64,000 nt of DNA from Seison nebaliae (Eukaryota): positions 1 through 64,000 of the forward strand of contig JALJEE010001175.1 in assembly GCA_023231475.1 (NCBI GenBank), written 5' to 3'. The notes below the pieces were generated by a model, which was given only the letters and a program-made list of their open reading frames with translations, was not told where the DNA came from and ran no database searches. Shown piece by piece: positions 39,425 to 52,520 of the stretch (position 1 is its first letter; each line of letters starts with the position of its first letter). The position numbers and the translations under genes are program-made.

Positions 39425-39650
39425 AAAATACTTTCAAAAAATAATTGGTTCAAATAATAGAAAATCAAAAGAATTATTTGAACATGAATTTGTATAACTT
39501 TTGTTTGATTTTCATAATAAAATGAATCGTTCTTTTAAAAAATGAATGTTTTAAAATATAGAATACAAGTTAAAGTTGTCGGTTGCAGTTTTTAATTTTC
39601 TTTCTATTCGGTTTCCTTAATTTTCTGTTTCTAATTTTCAACTTTTCACT

Positions 39651-40271
39651 ATGACGAAATGTACATTAATATTCTTATTCTTTCTCAATATTTTTATTTT
39701 CAAAAATGTGGAAGGATTGGGCGAATATCCGTTTATGGGTATATTTTAATTTGCAAAAATTTAAACTGATGAATCTATTTTAGATCGAGAACGTACTGAC
39801 AGATATAATTATTATCGGGACATCGATGACACTTTTCAAATTGCTACGAAAGGTATATTTCCATTGTATAAAAGCACCGAAGTACTAAATTGTGCGATAA
39901 GTACACACCTTATGACGGATGACCCTCTTGTCATTGCAAAAATTACGGGTTATGGAATTCTCAATCATTTCGTAATAAAACCATTACAATCAAAAAACGC
40001 AGGCCAGTTTAATAATTTCTGCTTTCGATCCTCGCTTAGTACGATGCAAGTGGGTGGTTGTGTCCGTACGAACAAACAAGGCAAAGCTGAAGTTTTTATT
40101 GTCTATCGAGGTTGGTTAGACATTAAACCTTATGCCACCCATTTGGTTTCCATTATCAACAATATCAATTTCAATGTAATGAATAAGGAAAATATCATTA
40201 CTTTCCGTATCCATAAATCAAAAAATGTTGTGGAATTTGAGAAATCTTTCTTATACCTAGTTGATGCTTGA
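39651..40271 (+). CDS. Secreted protein of unknown function; 2 exons
   Basis: MTKCTLIFLFFLNIFIFKNVEG signal peptide; intron 39739-39783 (GTA donor) restores the frame. Confidence 0.6.
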
Positions 40272-40440
40272 ATCCCTACTATCAAGAGATAAAGTTGTGA
40301 TAAAAGACGAGCTTCGATTTCATACAGACAAACTCTAACTTTCTTTGTAAAACCACATAGAATTTAGCATCATTGTTACTATAGTAAATATCTAAACTTT
40401 TTTCCATGTTTAAATAAACTGTTCAAACTGAGTCGTTTCA

Positions 40441-41405
40441 ATGGTTGACTTCAATGAATATATTTCTGATTTTAAGAAAGTTGTCGATAAGAAAGATACG
40501 TTATATACGATCGAATCAAAAAATTGTGAATTAGATCCTGTTCATTTTATAAAATTCTTCTGTTTCCTCAAATTCATCTTTCTCTTACATCTTCTTGTTA
40601 GTCCCACCATATAGTCAGATGTTATTTAGTAGTTCAAGTGACTGATGGCTTAAAAGAATTGATCGGTTAAATGATTTCTTAATGTAAATTATTATTAATT
40701 TTCTTAGATAAATTAGGCAATTATTGTAAATCAATGGTGAATGAAAATGAAGATCCAGACTTAAATGCAATTCCTGGAATCATAAATTCTTATGCAACCA
40801 TATTCACTTATGTTACGGAAGTTAATATTAGTTGGATAGGATTCTAATAATTACACCTTCTTCCAATTCTTAATTAACTAGTGTGCTATGCATCACTTAA
40901 CAAACCAATTGAACATAATCAACGAACATGAAACATTAAACAATTGTCGAATAGTCTGTGTGAATTATAAGGTTGAGAATATTCCTTTAATGAAAATAAT
41001 TGTTTGTTATCGCTTTTTTGTTAATAGATTCAATATAGATTATTAGAAGGTTGGTATGTTGAGTCGAAAGAAGATACGGAAACGATTGGAAATGATGAAG
41101 CTGAAATCGAAGGAATCGATATCATAAAAAAGTATTTGGATTCTCTCGCATCGACATTGACACTTCGAAAGAAAGTGGATAAGAAATCAGTTACACGAGT
41201 AGTACCTCTCACTTTACTCAAACAATTATTAACATTACCCGAATTATTCACAATTGATGAACATTTCGAAATTAATGAATTACCTTCTACCAATTTTATT
41301 GAAAGCGGTTTATTTTTTTATCTTTCTTCCAATACATTTTTTTTATTTGTGAATGAAACAGAACTGTTATGGCCGAAATCGTTGAACGATTATTCGTACA
41401 CTTAA
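40441..41405 (+). CDS. TEX47-like (BLUF-like fold) protein; 6 exons
   Basis: Five GTT..AG introns give one ORF; IPGIINSY..E, RIV...IQYRLLEGW and ESELLWP resemble the TEX47 family from memory. Confidence 0.55.
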
Positions 41406-41694
41406 TTCTTGCCGACAACAAAGAAATGTGACATTTCATCTAAATTTCTCAATAAATTATCATTCTTTGAACTCAATTATTTTTCTTATGTTATCCTTCT
41501 CTTAATTGAATGACTACCATACTTAGTCACTTTTTTCTTGTCACATTTTATTGATTACTTAATTAATTAGCTAATCGTCATACTCAATAAACAAGTTAAA
41601 CATCTGTTACTATCGAACGATAATCTAGTATAAATTAGAATGAAATTCAATATAAATCTTATATCATTCTATTCTCCTCTTCTAGTAGCACACA

Positions 41695-42210
41695 ATGAAC
41701 TCTTTAAAGAAATATTCTTCGTTTGGTGAAATAACTGCAAAATCGCATGATGAGAGAATTTTGAAGAATTTAAGTGTGAAAATGCAATATGTTATCGAAT
41801 GGATGGAGAATGATGATTTCGTGAAATACATCGAAGAACATGGAAAGAAGAAGTCGAACGAGGAGGAAACGAAAGAATTCAGCTCAACCGATGAAACAAA
41901 TGAACAGATCGAAAAAGATGATATTATTGATAATTCAGGTCTATCACAAACTGAGCAACAAGACCATCAATTGGTAGACTCAATATTTGATTATGGAAAA
42001 TCAATGATGAAGGATTACAATAACGAGTTGGAAGCCACAAAACAGAAGGAAATAAATTTTGCACCGAAAGATGGAAAACAAATCTTACATCCATCAGTCA
42101 TGTTTAACTCATATCCATATTTTTCACCAGTGGTACCTGTATGTTATGTTTCTCCCTATTATCCATTCAACACCAACAACAATATCCATTTCAGTCCTAA
42201 CTTTAATTAA
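41695..42210 (+). CDS. Hypothetical acidic protein with a Pro/Tyr-rich tail
   Basis: 171-aa ATG ORF with coding-like composition; no recognisable domain. Confidence 0.5.
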   Translation: MNSLKKYSSFGEITAKSHDERILKNLSVKMQYVIEWMENDDFVKYIEEHGKKKSNEEETKEFSSTDETNEQIEKDDIIDNSGLSQTEQQDHQLVDSIFDYGKSMMKDYNNELEATKQKEINFAPKDGKQILHPSVMFNSYPYFSPVVPVCYVSPYYPFNTNNNIHFSPNFN

Positions 42211-42716
42211 TTCTTTAAAATTTGCTTTCCATTTCATTCTCATCAAATAAAATTTTTCAATTTAATCTTTTTTCATTGATTCAATTAATTCTTTTTCAAT
42301 AAGTTCATTAAAATTTTTTAAATTTTAAAAACGCCTCTATAATCTAATCTCTATATATAATCTCTATAATATCTTTATAAGAATGGTGAGAATCACAGTT
42401 GAATCTAAATTGATATGAGTTTAATTGAAAATTTATTGTTGAAATCGAAGTGGGAAATATTGGGGAATGATTTGGATAGATTATTTCACGTTAAGTAGTT
42501 TAGTTAAAGATTATAGTATGAGAGCAGGTAAATATTAAAAAATATATTTTATTAATAACTAAATAAAGTTAAAAATGTAAATAAATAGAAATACTTGATA
42601 AATTTGACGATAATAACATTAGTTTTCGAGAGAAATAAATTCATAATTATTTTTTTTGACGATTAACCAGGAAATTTAAACTTTATCGGTATCGATTAGT
42701 TATCATTTCGGGTTTA

Positions 42717-43659
42717 CTAACTGAGAATTGTATTTATGTAAAAGTTGTTGGGACGTGGTTTCATTGGAGACTTGCCCGATTTGTTTCCATTAGATTTTAC
42801 CATCTTATTCTCAGATATGGCATTGTTATGCATCATATTGTAGCACATCATCGTAAGTAGGGCGAGAAGGTTGGATTTGTTATTCATTGGATTGGATGGA
42901 GATTGCAACGGACTAATATTACTTTTCATAATTTCCTGTTTAATATCTTCATTCTTCAACTGGTGTTGTGTTTCTGTATGACGTCGTAAGTCAACTTTAC
43001 GTTGGAAGGATTTCGAACATAATTGACATGCGAACGGTTTGTAACCAGTGTGTTTTCGCGTATGAGTAATAAGATTTGATGATTGTGAAAAGGCCTTTCC
43101 ACATACTAAACATTTATGAGGCTTCTCACCTGTTTTTTTAGAATGAAGGATAAAAATAAGTTACACTGCTGAAATAGATGAAACCTGTATGGATATAAGT
43201 ATGTTTCTTCATATCACTTTTCTGGTGAAATCGTTTGGTGCAATAAGGACACGCATACGGTCTAGTATCACTATGAATAAGTAGATGTGTAGTCAATGTT
43301 GAGGAACGTTTAAAGCATTTGCCACATTGTGGACAAGGAAATCCACGTTCACCAGATGTTCCGTTACATGTTTCGATAGTAGCCGAACTCTGAGAAGAAG
43401 ATGGTGAGGCTCGGTTTTCGTTCTTGACAACGATCGAATTAGTCAAATCACAATTATTTTGCATATCATTCATGTTGGAAGTTGTTGAAGAATTTAATAA
43501 TGAAATGTTGGATGATGAGTTTGAAGAACAATTATTAATCATCAATTCTTCGTTATCCGTTGAAGAGATCGTTAGTGGGAAATCGTTATGAACGAATTTT
43601 CTTTTTTTTAAATCTTCTATAACGGAAACGATATCGAACAAACGTCTTTTTGTAGACAT
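42717..43659 (-). CDS. GFI1: Gfi1/Senseless/PAG-3 family C2H2 transcription factor with 4 fingers; 2 exons
   Basis: [60 protein letters not shown]; intron 43130-43184. Confidence 0.92.
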
Positions 43660-43704
43660 TATTTTCTTCAACGGTAAGTGACGATGACAATAATAAAAAC
43701 ACGC

Positions 43705-44541
43705 GCAGGTGGAGTCGTCTATGTTGAAATTGTTAAGATATTTATCAATTCTTCTTTGGCGGTTATGTCTTGTCACGCAGTGAGAATGTTTAACGATTCA
43801 AATTAATTAGTTGTAACGGTACGGAACCAAAACCGACACAAAGAAATGTTGAACAATAAGATTCTGTCGGTGAGAAGAGAATTTATCAATAATTATTGTG
43901 AAGCAGCTGACAATAAGAGAATGATAAAAAGAAAAATAATGATGAGGCGCCGGGTGATGATGAGAAAAAATAGAACAGGAATTCTAGTTTCCGTCAGGAA
44001 CAAAACAAAGTGGTAGTCAAGAAATTTGTTTAGCATGTTCCAAACAAAAAAGAACAATATAGATAGTTTAGAGATGTGATCAGGAACAAAATAAAAACAT
44101 TTTGCCAATTGTACGAAAAAATCATTTAGTGAAAAAAGTAAAGTTTATTTTTGGGAAGTTTCTGCACGAGAACTTTTCTTCGATTTAATTGAAAATGATT
44201 GACAAAAAATATTGGAAAAAGTAATTAGGAGAAAGGAGATTGAAGTGAGTGATAGGGCAGAGGTATAAAGAAGAATAACAATCCGAAGTACTTAACATTA
44301 AAGTTATTTGTATTGAAATAAGCAATTAGGACAAATGAAACTAAAAAGAATTTCGAAGTCGAATTTCTTCCCCAGATCAATTTTTCTAACTTGCATAAAT
44401 ATGAGTCTCTAAAACATTTCGGGTAACATCTTGTCAATTATTTATAAATTATTGATTTAAACAATGAAACAGTTAATGAAGCGAATAAAGTTACCTTATC
44501 AGAAATGGTTGGTGTTAATACGTGTTGATTGTGTGCAGCTG
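43705..44541. promoter_or_regulatory. Cluster of three GCAGSTG proneural-type E-boxes upstream of Gfi1/senseless
   Basis: CAGGTG 43706-43711, CAGCTG 43904-43909 and CAGCTG 44536-44541, each preceded by G. Confidence 0.45.
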
Positions 44542-47500
44542 CAAGAGAATTAATCGACTTGCATATTAGACGCATTTCCCTTAAGCAATTGAATGAATGA
44601 GATATGATGAACATTTATTTTGTTTATCGATTAATTGAATCACTCTTTCTCCAACACTCTTCCTTTCTCCTTCTATTTCGGTAAGTTTTCTTATCGCTTC
44701 GACTCCAATTCTTATTTTACCTACTGCATCTTTCTAACCAATCCAGTCACTACCTTTCCTTCTTTCTTCCTTCTCCTTAGAGAAATGAAAAATTCAATTT
44801 CAATGTGTAAATTATGACGTATCGGCTAGAAAACGAATCGAAAGTCATTTGGGAAGAGACAGAAATTGGACGACTGATTTAAGATCAGAATTATTCTTAA
44901 TTTCCGATGACCATGTAATCGATTATGGATACTCTCAATTTAAAGAATTAATCTTCTAACATTGATATGATTGGAGAAGAGCATTTCTTCAATGAGAAGA
45001 AACTAATCTCCTCAAGATTTAACAAGATTTACATTCCATCTAAAAAACTGAATAAGAAATAAGATCATCAGAAAAGATGTAGCTAACGAAAAGAATAACA
45101 TTTTGATTTGAAGAATTTTCTAATGTTTATTTTTTTCCGAATGGAAGTAAGAATCTGTCTGTGTATCTCATGAATTTCTCGCACCATATTGTAATGAACA
45201 TAAGTAAGTCTTCAATGAATCAAACTTCATTACAGTCATAGAAGTAGGTCCAATTGAAAAATGATTGGTATGGTTAAGGTATATCATTTAGAGAAGTTGC
45301 TTAATAACTGATAGATGACTTCTGAAGATGATTAACATTCTATATCACTCATTTTACCAACTTCTCAACCACTTCATCATCATACCATCAATGTAATTTT
45401 ACTTTACTTAAACACAGAAAGAAGAAATGGAATCATTACTCACTCCGTGAAGTGGAGTCGTAAAAATTGTTTCGTTTTCTTTTCCACAACACGGTAGTCG
45501 TTATCATCATACAGTTCACTATGGATAGAAGTAGGAATTTTTCCTAAAATGAATTAGAAATATTTCATCCTTCTTTTTTACATTCTTCTTTATTTTGTCT
45601 TTTTATGGAGGTAACAGACTTTATTCGAATGATAATGAGAAAGAATCTTATTTGTTTATTTCGGAAATATTAATCTGCAGTAGAATAACTTGAAATTTTG
45701 ATTCGTCAATGAGATGATGATGGTGAGAATCTAAGAGAAGGAAAGTGTGAACGAATTTGATTAGATGGAAAGTTTGGAATAACAGACTTAAAATGAAAAC
45801 AATTCGATGCCGATGATGATTCAATTCCCTGAAGCTATTTACTCTCACGCATATAATGTTCATTGAGCACGATAGCTAGCATCTATTTGTCTAATGACAA
45901 TTATGATGATCTTGATGATTTGGAAAATTAGAATAAATTAAAATAAATTTTTTTGATGCATTCTTTTAATTATTTTTAACCTGTCTTCCTCTTCTGTCTC
46001 CTTCTCATATGAAGAATTTCATAGTTTTATTTGAGAAAGTAATAGTGTTCTTTAACTAATCGATATCTCCTTATACTAACACTATTTCGTTATCTGTCTA
46101 ACTAGATATTTAATTATTATCTATTCATCAAATTCATCCCTTTCGAATAACCTTTTCCTCCTTACCGTTCTGGATGGGGTTTTTCGAAGATCACGAAATA
46201 AGAAAGTGTAAATGAGTCGAAGGAGAGAGCGTATACGAACTATTGTAATTCAGTTAACTTCTCCATTTAAATTTCTTTGAGACATATCTTGTGTTTGACG
46301 TGAGCAATGGTGAGTGTAGATAGATACATAATTTAATTTTAGCAGACATGCAATAAAAGATTCGGATGGCGCAAATAAATGACTTAAGAAAAATTATTAG
46401 TATCTTCGACCTTAATCTCAATTTAGGTCGAATAGCATTCTTGCTGAATGATTTCTACTCGAAAAATTAATTATTGTTTTGACTCCAAACTATTTGTCGA
46501 TATTAATCCATCAAAATCCCTCGGAAAGAACGCCTTCGAATGGGCAAGTGTCACAAGTCGGAAGGGAGTTATGAACGACTTAACGATTCGAATAGAATTC
46601 AAATTTGACGTCGTTAAACATTGGAGAAATGCGCTAAACTTCCATTCAACTGAGAAGAAAGAAAGAAAGAATTGCTGCGGATTTGATCTTGTTTAGCGGC
46701 TATCGAATTTTAACGACTCGATTTAATTTCTTCAATTGGATCGGAGTGAATTCGATCGGTCGAATAATAATAATGATAGAAATAAAATTCGGCCATTCTT
46801 CCGTTCGTTGATTGAATACGGAGTTCACTCATATTCTCCATCATTTACACCGCTATCCACCAATCATAAAAAACGAATCGCTTCATCATCTCTCATCGTT
46901 CTCGTTGCTACCGTCATAAAAATATTACTACTGTATATCCAAACACCATTAAATAACGAACGAGCATTATAAAGAGGAGATTCGGAAATCTGTCATGATT
47001 GCCGTCTTCCTGTGTGAATTGAATAGAAAGAAAAACCAAAAGAACCAATTCTTTTCAATCAAATTCAAAGAAAAAGATTAATGACATTTTTATGATATAA
47101 TGCTCTTTCTTTTCGTTGTTCATGCATCGTTCTTTAATCATATCATTCAATTCCATTATTATACATAATTCAACTACAAACCTCTCCCCCTTCTCCTTTT
47201 GATCTCGAACGATTAAATTCCATTGTTCATCTACCTCTCAATTCTAAATCATTTTTTCATAAAATTTATCATTTATCATCAAGGAGTATGTACATGTCAA
47301 ACGGTTAGGTAATTATGTTAGGGATACATATAATAAAGTACATATACTACTATTACTTACAATTTATTTTGTCAGAATTTATTTTCGTAATACATCAATA
47401 AATTGTTTAATTCTCTTACCATATTAGTTCCATCTGTACTGTTAAATTTATTTACTATTATAGCGTGTTCTAAATTTATATGTCGTCCTGATGCAATTCT

Positions 47501-48779
47501 GACAATGAAGATCTTCTTTCTGCTAAGAATATCCCATAAAAGAATTCTAGGAGTCCTAGACTAGGACTTTTTTTAGAACTAAAAATTTGAGTGGTGAATT
47601 TTTAAATTACATTTCATCTCCGAGGAACCAAAATCTAAATCAGTGAAACAATAGATTCACCTAAAATTTTTCAAATTTTATGTTAGGCAATTTGATGCCA
47701 ATTTGTCATAACGATGCGTTAAAATTAATTCCTAACATAATTTGGTAAAGGAAAACCTAATTGGATTAATAAATTTAACTTATCCTTAACATATAATTAT
47801 AATCATATAACATATCAAATAAAGTTAAAATTGCTCACTGATTTATGTCGTGGATTAATGGTTATTTGATTATGAAGGTTATACGTATATTATACGTGTA
47901 TGTCATATATAACGAGAATACATGTTTCTGCGAATATTTTACGTCCAATTTATATGATTTCGTCAATCTTGATTGTTATTTATATCTGTCATTATTGCCC
48001 CATAAATGAATAGTCACCCAAAAAATGATAACTACTTTACTAATTTTTGAGTTCTATTATTAATGGAAGAATGGTATTTTTATTTTAATCATTTTATTTT
48101 TAATAATTTTAATCAAAAATCAGAATAAAAAAGTGTTGCAGTGATGAAGTTATGCAAAATAGCTTTCGATTTTTCATATGTTTTTCTATATTTTCATCCT
48201 AATATTTAAGTTTTAATGGAATTTAATTGAAAACAGTAATGAACTGCAAAGGTAGATTCAGATCGAAGTCAAGTCTCAAAAATTTCGATATATATCCTAC
48301 TGGGTTATATAGTGCAACAGGATTGATTGATCAATATTCCATTGCATATTTTGTTCTCACAATCTCAACTCAATCTACCGTGAACTTTTTTTTAAGAACC
48401 ATTATTATTCAATTTTTTATTATCATTTATCAACTGCCTTACATCGATTTACACTTATAATGCAGAAAAACTATATATTTATACAGCTGTATTCACAAAT
48501 AATCTGATAAAATACAATTTTTTTTACAATTCTTCTTTCACAGTTATAACACGTTGTAATATCGAAGTCTCCGAATGCCACGCCGATAAATCTGAATCTT
48601 CAATATTATGACAAATTTCTGGAGAAATTAGTCTTACAAGAGCTACAATGCCAAAACTACAATTTTTTATATACTGACGGCAATCGAAATTAAAATTTCA
48701 GCATTATTATTCTCCGTCAGAAAGACGAAAAATCATATTCATTTTGCTTAACGTTCTCATTAAGTCGTAATTGACCATA

Positions 48780-49130
48780 AATCGTTTTACTCACATCAGT
48801 TGTTTAACATTTAATAAATGACAATCTATTCTCTTTTGAAAGGTCGACGTTGAAGACATGAGATAGATGCTTGAATTCCATAAAAATCCGTGCAGAATGT
48901 ACGAAATAGCTGGATTTTCAGTTCGATTGAAAATAGTTTACATCGATGGTGAAAGGAATAAAATGCTCGGATAAATTTCGATCTAATTTTATCGATGGAC
49001 GATGAAGATTTCAAACGATTATCGATTCTACATCCGAGGAAAATGAGATCATTATAAACTATTTCTCGAAGTTCAGAATAGCGAGGTAAAATCGTTCGAT
49101 TAGTTATGATTTTGCACTTCCTGTTGTTAC
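48780..49130 (-). mobile_element. Degenerate non-LTR retrotransposon fragment
   Basis: KIQLFRTFCTDFYG resembles the post-RT region of LINEs; homologous to 33830-34090. Confidence 0.55.
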
Positions 49131-49905
49131 ATTCAATTATTCAATTATTTAATAAAAAAGAATAAAATCTTTTATTGTTATTTTATATGCGAATAATTTT
49201 CATTACAATGATTTAATTTGGCACTCATTAATTGATTAACATTACAATGTATAAGAGAAACCCTTCTTCGGTTCTTCGATCGAATGGATCGGCAGACGGG
49301 ATGTTACGATTTACTGAGACATAAAAGTTGAAAGATCTAATCGTTCTTGTTCTTTCCTTGTCCCTATCTATTGGCCATCGAACATTGGATGTAATAAATT
49401 ATAATAAATCTTAATAAATTCGACTTCCTGTCCGATTTTAATAACTTATCGCACAATTTACATATCATACGTTCTTCAGTTTTTTATATACAATGATTCC
49501 TTATTTTACATGTTTTCTAAGTTTTCCATATTTTTCACTTATCATTTATATGTAAGCTTCATTTTTAATCTAATTATGAAATATACTACCCTACTTGAAA
49601 GGAATATGTGGGCAATCGTGAGCAAGAAACCATCAAGAATACTCATTTACTCACGCTTGCCCACTCCTGCTAAAGACATTACCTAAGGTTAACTAACAAC
49701 TAACTAACTTGTAAGTTAATAGTTAAGATAAGGTTAATGACATAACATTATAGTTTGATCATAGGACAATTAATTAAGTGAAAATATTTTTAGAATATGT
49801 GGAAAGAATTTTAAAAAATGATTTAAAATGCGAAAGGAAAGCCTGAATGATTGTCTTGTGAATTTGAGAGAATTTTTTGATAAATTGTTATAGTTAATAC
49901 AAGGA

Positions 49906-52407
49906 ATGAGAATGTTAAGATATTTTTCAAAAACATTTAAACGTTATCAATCGACGATCCGATATTTAAGAAGAAAAAAATCGGAAGATTTGGAGTGGAG
50001 AAGTAATGAATTGGCGCGATTGAGTAATTCATCTCTTCTTTTTAAATCGAAAAAATCGAGTGGTCTCATCACTTGTGTGTTGAAGACGCGGAAACAAAAT
50101 GAGAAATTTTCAAATTCCTTTTTGCCATTAACATTGGATTTTTTATTGAGAGATGCAGCACTAAGAAAAATTCCAAATAATAATTCGAAACGTGAAATGT
50201 TTATGAAAAATGAAGATATTCTTATTAGTCGATTATTAGATCGGTCGATTCGACCATTATTTTATGAACGAGCTACCAAAGAATTATCAGCCTTACAGAT
50301 ACGATGTGATATATTGTCTTGTGATGATGGCGATGAAATTTTCATAGATACATTGAATTCTTTATCTTTTCATCTTCATCGAGAAATGAATCATTTGTGG
50401 AATGGACCAGTTGGGGCAACGAATCTTTATCTTTATCCGAATTTAAGTGAAAATGAAAAATATAAATATTCTTGGAAGAAGTTAAATGAGAGACATGTCA
50501 TGGAATTGACAGTTGCTTCATTAACAAACGGGAAAATTTTAATGATCAACACTAAAATAAAAGAAGCGATTTCTGATGAGGATTTCCTTAAATATCTTGA
50601 AATCGCAAAAGATGAAGCGAAATGTGTTGCACAATTAATTGTTAATGAATGTGAGGAAAAAGGTTATGGGATTAAGGAAAAAGTGAAAATTGATGAGAAT
50701 TCTCAAAAATTAATGAAAGAATTTTGTGAAAAAGATGTTGAACAGATTCTACTTGATTCAACTCTCAATAAACAATCACGAGATGATAATTTAAAAATAG
50801 TGAAAAGTGAAATAGTAGAAAAAATTAATTGTATCAAAGAGGAAAGTTTGGAATCATCAGAACTATCAGAATATGATGATTTATTCAAATTGACTGATAA
50901 TGAATTAGATGAAATCTTCCAAAATATTATCAAACTCAAATTGAGAGAATTGACACTTGAAAAAAATCAACGTTGTGATGGTCGTTCAGTTACGGATGTT
51001 CGACCAATAAATTGTCAAGTCGATATCATTCCTAATGTTCATGGATCGGCATTATTTCAAAGAGGTCAAACGCAAGTACTTGCCACAGTAGCAATGGATT
51101 CATTTCCTACAAATGTTGTCACAGATGAAATTGGAGAAAAGAAGAATGAAGATTTCTTTCTCCATTATGAATTTCCTTCTTATTCGACAAATGAGATAAA
51201 TCGTTTTTCTGTCGGTCGACCAAATCGTCGAGAAATCGGTCACGGAACTCTCGCTGAGAATGGTGTCCGACCAATGTTCATTTCAAAATTCATATCATTA
51301 TCATCTTCAACATCTCCCAATAAATCGATTCCATCACTTCCATCTGAAAATTGTGCAGAATCGACAAATTATCGTTTTATTGATACTGAATCAATTTTGA
51401 TCGATGAACCAAAATTAGAAGATGAAAATTCTCAGAAACTTCCCGTAACGACGAGAGTATTTTGTCAAGTTCTCGAATCAAACGGTTCCAGTTCAATGGC
51501 ATCTGTATGTGCTGCATCAATGGCATTGTTGAGTTCTGGTAATCGACTTATTGAACAAGTAGCTGGAATAGCTATGGGATTATTTTATGAGAATGATGAT
51601 AACTATCGAATTTTAACTGATCAAATGGTTTCTTCTTCTTCTTTTCGTTTCTGTCTAATTTTATAATTTGATCATTTCAGGGGATGGAAGATTATTTCGG
51701 AGATATGGATTGTAAAATTATTGGGACAGAAAATTCTATAACTAACATTCAATTCGACACTAAACTATCTGGAGTTCCATTCTCAATTATCAAAGAAACG
51801 ATAATTCAATCGAAAAGTCTTTTTTCTTTTCAATAAAACTTTCATCAATTTTCATTCAGATGGACGTAGTTCGATTTTAGAAAAAATGAAAAATACAATA
51901 AATTCTTCTACTAAATCGTCTGTTCAGCCCATTTCAAAATTTTTATATATTCCCACACATCTCAGATCGAAATTTCTGGGAATAGGTGCGTATAATTTAG
52001 AGAAATTGAAAAAAATTGTGAAAATAAATTCTATCGACGACAATTATTGGTTCTTATTCGCTGATAATCAATTGCAAATGGATAAATGTGAAGATTTGGT
52101 GAAAGATATTTTGAAAAAAGAATTCAATGAATCAATTCTTCAATTCAACACAATTTATCGGGGGAAAATTGAAGAAATTCGTGAGAATGGTTTTATGGTG
52201 TCACTCTTTCCACAAATGCCACCAACCTTCTTGCCCAATTCTCAAATTGATCAGAGAAAAGTGAAACATGCATCTTATTTCGGTTTGAAAGTTGGAGATG
52301 AGATCGATGTCAAATACTTCGGACGTGATCCAGTTAATGGTCAGATGAGATTATCGCGAAAAATCCTCCAACAAATTGGAGGCAGATCAAATAATTTATT
52401 TAAGTAG
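49906..52407 (+). CDS. PNPT1: Mitochondrial polynucleotide phosphorylase; 3 exons
   Basis: SRLLDRSIRPLF, RCDGR, HGSALFQRGQTQV, RREIGHG, ESNGSSSMAS, EDYFGDMD, KH/S1 domains; basic transit-like N-terminus; introns 51628-51680 and 51817-51859. Confidence 0.93.
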
Positions 52408-52520
52408 TTTCAACTTCAAATTGCATTTCTTTCATTATTTTATCCGTTCAACAATCCAATCTCAATTTTCTTGTATAGAATTCTTTCTTTTTCTTATATT
52501 TTTTTTTTGAATTATTGAAA

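Noticed and set aside
43893..48460. Numerous 60-82 aa ORFs in the track
   Set aside because: F/L/I-rich AT-biased translations, often with non-ATG starts, no domains and no consistent splice pattern
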